A program made the position numbers and the translations under genes. A DNA stretch of 64,000 nt. Origin: Alphaproteobacteria bacterium (lineage in GTDB: Bacteria > Pseudomonadota > Alphaproteobacteria > RF32 > CAG-239). The stretch lies in NCBI GenBank assembly GCA_044432975.1, contig JAWXUC010000003.1:1491-65490 (forward strand), written 5' to 3'. Under the pieces are notes generated by a model. That model was given only the letters and a program-made list of their open reading frames with translations. It was not told the origin of the DNA and did not search any database. This document shows positions 59,040-64,000 of this stretch, piece after piece (within the stretch, counting starts at the first letter, position 1; the number at the start of each line of letters is the position of its first letter).

Positions 59040-60401
59040 ATGGCAGTTAAATCGATGGAAGAATTAGTAGCGCTTTGCAAAAGACGCGGATTTGTTTTTC
59101 AAGGATCAGAAATTTATGGCGGACTTAAAGGAACTTATGACTTGGGACCTTTAGGTGTGGAATTAAAAAAGAACATCAGAAACGCATGGTGGAAATCTTT
59201 AGTTTATGAAAGAGATGATATTGAAGGCGTTGAATGCTCTCACCTATCAGCACCTCTAGTTTGGAAGTACTCAGGGCATGAAGATACTTTTTCTGACCCA
59301 TTAGTTGATTGCAAAAAATGCAAAGGCAGGTTCAGAGCTGACCATTTAACAGACAACAAATGCCCTGCTTGCGGTTCTACAGAGTTAACAGAACCTCGTC
59401 CATTTATGTTGATGATGAAAACAAACGTTGGACCTGTTGATGATGGTTCATCTTTTGCATATTTGCGTGCAGAAACTGCTCAAGGTACATATTTGAATTT
59501 TAAGAATGTTTTAGATTCTACAGCTCGCAAGATTCCTTTTGGAATTGCTCAACATGGAAAATCTTTCAGAAATGAAATTACACCTCGTAACTTCTTATTC
59601 CGTCAACGTGAATTTGAACAAGCTGAAATGCAATTTTTTGTAGAGCCTGGTACAGACGAAGCCTGGTTTGAAGAATGGAAAAAAACTCGTCTTGATTGGT
59701 GGGTGAAACTTGGCATTGCTAAAGATAATTTAAGAACTACAAAACATGAAACTTTAGCTCACTATGCTAAAGCTGCTGAAGATATTGAATATAACTTCCC
59801 TTGGGGATTTGATGAAATTGAAGGTATTCACAATCGCCAAGATTTTGACCTTGGTTCTCATACAAAAAATCAAGAAGAGTTTGACATTAAAGCTAAAGTT
59901 ATGAAAAACGTAGATTCTACTACAAAAATGGCTTATACAGATCAAGTTAAAAATGAAACTTATATTCCATTTGTAATTGAAACAGCATCTGGTTTAGACA
60001 GAGCTATGATTGTTTTCTTAAATGAAGCTTATAACGAAGAAACTTTAGCAAATGGTGAAACTCGTGTTGTTTTGAAACTAAACAAAAAGCTTTCTCCAAT
60101 CAAAGTTGCTATTGTTCCATTGAAGAAAAACAATGAAGCTATTATGGAAAAATGCCATGAAATTAAAAACAATTTGTTAAAATTGGGTATTGGTAGAGTT
60201 TCTTTAGAAAATATAGGTAACATTGGTAAAGCTTATCGTCGTCATGATGAAATTGGTACTCCAATTTGTATTACTGTTGACTTTGACACAATAGAACAAA
60301 GCCCTGCTAGTGTTACAATAAGAGACAGAGACACAATGGAACAACACCGTGTTAATATTGATGAATTAGAAACTTATATCAAAGATTATTTTCACGATTA
60401 A
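59040..60401 (+). CDS. glyQS: Glycyl-tRNA synthetase, homodimeric (alpha2) type
   Basis: YLRAETAQG, FRNEITPR, REFEQ.E, IGKAYRRHDEIGTP. Confidence 0.95.
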   Translation: MAVKSMEELVALCKRRGFVFQGSEIYGGLKGTYDLGPLGVELKKNIRNAWWKSLVYERDDIEGVECSHLSAPLVWKYSGHEDTFSDPLVDCKKCKGRFRADHLTDNKCPACGSTELTEPRPFMLMMKTNVGPVDDGSSFAYLRAETAQGTYLNFKNVLDSTARKIPFGIAQHGKSFRNEITPRNFLFRQREFEQAEMQFFVEPGTDEAWFEEWKKTRLDWWVKLGIAKDNLRTTKHETLAHYAKAAEDIEYNFPWGFDEIEGIHNRQDFDLGSHTKNQEEFDIKAKVMKNVDSTTKMAYTDQVKNETYIPFVIETASGLDRAMIVFLNEAYNEETLANGETRVVLKLNKKLSPIKVAIVPLKKNNEAIMEKCHEIKNNLLKLGIGRVSLENIGNIGKAYRRHDEIGTPICITVDFDTIEQSPASVTIRDRDTMEQHRVNIDELETYIKDYFHD

Positions 60402-60419
60402 TTATTAATCGGTCGCCTA

Positions 60420-60448
60420 AAAAGAGTTGCTAAAAATGCAACTCTTTT
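60420..60448 (+). terminator. Intrinsic terminator
   Basis: AAAAGAGTTGC...GCAACTCTTTT. Confidence 0.75.
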
Positions 60449-60602
60449 CTTTTATATTTTACTTTGCAATTGTAAGGCTGAGCTTATACCCTCCTATATG
60501 CACTGTCGTTTTAAAATCAACTAACGAAGTAACTACACTATTGTCCACCACTGTCAGGTAAAAATCTTAAATGTTTTTACAAAAATCAAAAAATACAAAA
60601 TG

Positions 60603-60768
60603 TAACGCGATAAGTGTTTAAAAAACAATGATAGTTATGTATTTATCGTCATTGTGGGCTTGACCCGCAATCTTGTCAAAAAATATAGTTGTATAAAAAC
60701 AACTGGATTGCGGATCAAGCCCGCAATGACATTTTTTGTTGTTTTTGCTTTTGAGTTTCAACGGGTTA
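60603..60768. mobile_element. MITE-like element with inverted GTCATTG.GG repeats
   Basis: TAACGCG...CGGGTTA ends; internal inverted pair at 60648-60730. Confidence 0.5.
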
Positions 60769-60858
60769 TTATTTTTAGAGGTTTGCAAAAGATTTAAAAT
60801 CTTTACAAAAAAAGGTACCTATAAAAATATAGGTACCCGATAAAGACTAAACTAAGAA

Positions 60859-61536
60859 TCACTTCTTGTTAAGATATCCTTGAATATACTCACTTGTATA
60901 TTCGCCGATTGAACAATAGCGCATCTGCCAAAAGTTTGTTGAAGCAACATTTAATTTGCTAGTTAAGCTTGCCACAGCTTTTTCCCATTTAGGAATGTTC
61001 TTGGCAGAACTTGTTTGCAAATGACCTCGATCTGAATCGAAAAGACGAGCAACTAAAGTGCCATCTGGAGAAAGTTTTAGATAAATTCTCAAATGAACTT
61101 TATAAAAACGAGCCACATCTTCAATAATCTCTTGAGCATTTTGAATCCAACTGTCAATGTCGTCTACATTCTCAACTTCAAATCCTGCAACCCTAGTAAG
61201 ATAGCGCTTGTGAAAAGCTTCTCTTTGTGGGAGGGTTGACTTATGCTCTTCAAGAACGTAAATTGTATCAACCGTTTTCATTGAAATGAGACTATGAAGC
61301 ATTTCTACAACAGGGCCATTTTTCCATGTCATGCTGTCAACAATCAAACTTTGTTCAATTCCATTGTCTGAAATTTTCCAACCTTGGCAAAGAATTTGTT
61401 CGCGCCCAAAAAGAATTGCCCGAAGACTTTTTTCCAACTCTGGTGAATAATTCATCAGTGCATAAATCTTAGCTTCCGCTTTTGTGTTTTGTGCCTTTTT
61501 CATAACGAAATGTTTTAAATAATTTTGTAGCATCAA
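60859..61536 (-). CDS. Hypothetical protein
   Basis: About 215-225-aa ORF; start uncertain. Confidence 0.55.
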   Translation of the reverse strand: MMLQNYLKHFVMKKAQNTKAEAKIYALMNYSPELEKSLRAILFGREQILCQGWKISDNGIEQSLIVDSMTWKNGPVVEMLHSLISMKTVDTIYVLEEHKSTLPQREAFHKRYLTRVAGFEVENVDDIDSWIQNAQEIIEDVARFYKVHLRIYLKLSPDGTLVARLFDSDRGHLQTSSAKNIPKWEKAVASLTSKLNVASTNFWQMRYCSIGEYTSEYIQGYLNKK

Positions 61537-61737
61537 ATTTAAGAATTATCATAACGTGCCATTTCATGATAACCTATATATTTTTTACTTAATAATTTCT
61601 ATAAAATTTAAATGTAGGAGGAGATTATAACTTTAAATAATAAAGTCAACCTCTTTTTTTTATTATATGCAAAAAAAACACTGAGGGGTGAACTCAGTGT
61701 TTTTAGAGGGATGCCGAGGGCGTTGTTCCCTACGTTA

Positions 61738-62139
61738 TTATCCGTTCTTTTTTGCTTCTTCACGAGCTTTTGCTGCTGCAGTCAAATCGTCTGCAATACG
61801 AGCAGAACGACCACGCAATGCGCGTAAGAAGTATAATTTTGCACGGCGAACTTTACCAATTCTTGTTACATCAATTTTTGCAACATTTGGAGAATAAAGT
61901 GGGAATACTCTTTCTACACCTTCACCGAAAGAAATTTTTCTAACTGTAAAAGCAGAATTGATACCGTCATTTTTACGAGCGATACAAATACCTTCATAAA
62001 CCTGAATACGTTCACGTTCACCTTCTTTAACTTTTACATGTACTTTTAAGCTATCACCAGCTTTAAAGTTTGGAACAGATTTGCCTTCTGTTAATTTAGC
62101 AATTTGTTCATTTTCTAATGTTTTTAATAAATTTGTCAT
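61738..62139 (-). CDS. rplS: 50S ribosomal protein L19
   Basis: [28 protein letters not shown]. Confidence 0.97.
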   Translation of the reverse strand: MTNLLKTLENEQIAKLTEGKSVPNFKAGDSLKVHVKVKEGERERIQVYEGICIARKNDGINSAFTVRKISFGEGVERVFPLYSPNVAKIDVTRIGKVRRAKLYFLRALRGRSARIADDLTAAAKAREEAKKNG

Positions 62140-62152
62140 TGTATTTTCCTTT

Positions 62153-62863
62153 TTATTTGCCGTTTTTATAATCTGTACTTTCTATAAAGTCAAGATATTT
62201 TTTGTACAAATCTGGCCTTTTTTGCTTTGTTATGTTAAGAGATTGTTGGTGCCTAAAATCATTTATGTTTTTGTGGTGTCCGCTAAACAAAATTTCTGGA
62301 ACTTTTTGCCCATCCCATTCAACTGGACGAGTATATTGATGATGCTCTAACAAAAAGTTTTCAAAACTTTCATTTTCAATAGAAGCACTATTACCTAAAA
62401 CACTTGGCAACAATCTTATAACAGCATCACAAACAATTAATGCTGCCTGATCACCACCTGTTAAGACATAATCTCCGATTGATAATTCTTCTACTTCAAA
62501 AGCATCTAAAACTCTTTGATCAACACCCTCAAAACGACCGCAAATAAAAGAAATTTCTTCTTCTTTTGCAAGCTCTTTTGCAACTTCTTGATTAAAAGTT
62601 CTGCCTCTTGGGCTTAAATATACCAACCGTCCCTTTTTGTGATTTGCTTTTATGGCAGAGCCTAAAATATCTGCTCTCATTACCATTCCTGCACCACCAC
62701 CACAAGGGGTGTCATCTACTGATTTATGAACGTCTAAAGCATAATCTCTGATGTTTATTACATCATAATTCCATTTTGCATCTTTTAATGCCTTGCCTGT
62801 TAGAGATGTTCCCAAGAAACCTGGAAACACCTCTGGCAATATGGAATAAAAATTAATCTTCAT
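62153..62863 (-). CDS. trmD: tRNA (guanine-N1)-methyltransferase
   Basis: [28 protein letters not shown]; start moved to 62863. Confidence 0.96.
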   Translation of the reverse strand: MKINFYSILPEVFPGFLGTSLTGKALKDAKWNYDVINIRDYALDVHKSVDDTPCGGGAGMVMRADILGSAIKANHKKGRLVYLSPRGRTFNQEVAKELAKEEEISFICGRFEGVDQRVLDAFEVEELSIGDYVLTGGDQAALIVCDAVIRLLPSVLGNSASIENESFENFLLEHHQYTRPVEWDGQKVPEILFSGHHKNINDFRHQQSLNITKQKRPDLYKKYLDFIESTDYKNGK

Positions 62864-63362
62864 CGTCTTCAAATTCCAAAAGTTCTGATATAGTAACAAA
62901 ACCTTCTTTAACATTAACTTCAGGCACATAAGCTTTTGTAAATGGATACATTTCTGATTGTCCGTTTATAGAAACATCTAAAACATCTCCGCTTCCAAAA
63001 TTATGAACCCCGAGAACTTTACCAACCTCTTGACCATTAAGTATTACTTTTAAGTCAACTAAATCTGTATAATAAAATTCTTCTTCATCTAACTCTGGTA
63101 AAACATCTCTTGTTGCCCAAAGTTCTGTGCCTATTAAAGTTTCTGCTAATGTTCTGTCATCAACACCTTTGATTTTGGCTCTTAATAATTCTTTAGAATA
63201 ACCAACAATTTTAATATCAAAAGATTTTGTTTCGTCTTTATTTGTAAGCGTACCATAATTGGCAATATCTTTAGGGTTTTGAGTAAAACTTTTAAGCTTT
63301 ACTTCACCTTTAATGCCATGCACGCCTGCTATTGCACCTAAACAAATTCTTTTATCTGTCAT
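62853..63362 (-). CDS. rimM: Ribosome maturation factor RimM
   Basis: HGIKGEV, EFYYTDL, NFGSGDV. Confidence 0.95.
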   Translation of the reverse strand: MTDKRICLGAIAGVHGIKGEVKLKSFTQNPKDIANYGTLTNKDETKSFDIKIVGYSKELLRAKIKGVDDRTLAETLIGTELWATRDVLPELDEEEFYYTDLVDLKVILNGQEVGKVLGVHNFGSGDVLDVSINGQSEMYPFTKAYVPEVNVKEGFVTISELLEFEDDED

Positions 63363-63367
63363 AAGAT

Positions 63368-63805
63368 TTAAGCCTCTGCAGTTTCTTCTGCTGGAGTTTC
63401 TTCTGCAGGAGCTGCAGCAGCTACTTCAGCGTCTGCTTTTGCTTGAGTTTCAGCTTCTAATCTTCTTGCTTCTTTTTCTGCTTGTTCTTTTAATCTTTCT
63501 TGAGCTTTTGCTTTTGGTTGAGATTTTTTAGGAGATTCAACAAAAGCTTTTTTCTCTACTAAGCCAATTTTTGCTAATAAAGATTCTACTCTTTCTGTTG
63601 GCTCTGCACCTGTAGACAACCAATATTTTACTCTTTCAGCTTCTACTACAAATCTTTCTGCGCTATCTTTTGGTAACATTGGGTTGTATGATCCAACTCT
63701 TTCAATATATTTACCATCACGAGGAGCTCTAACGTCTGCTACTACTACTCTATAGAATGGGCGTTTTTTTGATCCACCACGAGAAAGTCTAATTTTTACT
63801 GCCAT
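63368..63805 (-). CDS. rpsP: 30S ribosomal protein S16
   Basis: [18 protein letters not shown]. Confidence 0.97.
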   Translation of the reverse strand: MAVKIRLSRGGSKKRPFYRVVVADVRAPRDGKYIERVGSYNPMLPKDSAERFVVEAERVKYWLSTGAEPTERVESLLAKIGLVEKKAFVESPKKSQPKAKAQERLKEQAEKEARRLEAETQAKADAEVAAAAPAEETPAEETAEA

Positions 63806-63837
63806 TTTTTTATTCCTTTTACATTATTAAATTTAGA

Positions 63838-63997
63838 AGAGCCTTAAACATCAAGTAAGATGAATTTTTCGCTCGTCTTTTGTTTTTTGTTCTTCGACTT
63901 TTTTCTTTATGGAGAGCCTACTCCATTGCATCAAAAAGCCTAATCCAAAAAGCAAAATCCATCACAAAAATGCATCTTACTTAATGTTTAAGGCTCT
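63838..63997. mobile_element. MITE-like element with about 32-bp terminal inverted repeats
   Basis: AGAGCCTTAAACATCAAGTAAGATGAATTTTT / AAAAATGCATCTTACTTAATGTTTAAGGCTCT. Confidence 0.65.
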
Positions 63998-64000
63998 AGC

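Overview
Low-GC bacterial chromosomal window, probably an alphaproteobacterium (ihfA-merR pair, rpsP-rimM-trmD-rplS, L31 type; lineage is inference). The housekeeping backbone (serS, trpS, gltX, dnaE, glmS, homodimeric glyQS, tRNA-Ala(GGC)) carries several accessory systems. (1) A complete chromosomal diversity-generating retroelement (48.8-52.4 kb, minus strand: target2-avd-TR-RT-target1). One 129-nt template repeat matches the 3' ends of two secreted Cys-rich C-type-lectin-like genes, with mismatches almost only at TR adenines, and both genes are followed by the same downstream hairpin. (2) An 11.3-kb intact podovirus-type structural and lysis cluster with no integrase or replication genes (candidate gene transfer agent). 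It is bracketed by two direct MITE copies whose central loop is flipped relative to each other. (3) A TerY-PP2C-kinase triad next to a Bat operon. (4) An ECF sigma/Spy module. (5) A structured, switch-like leader RNA upstream of an XRE gene. (6) Many palindromic REP/MITE elements, one of them in frame inside a protein-coding gene.
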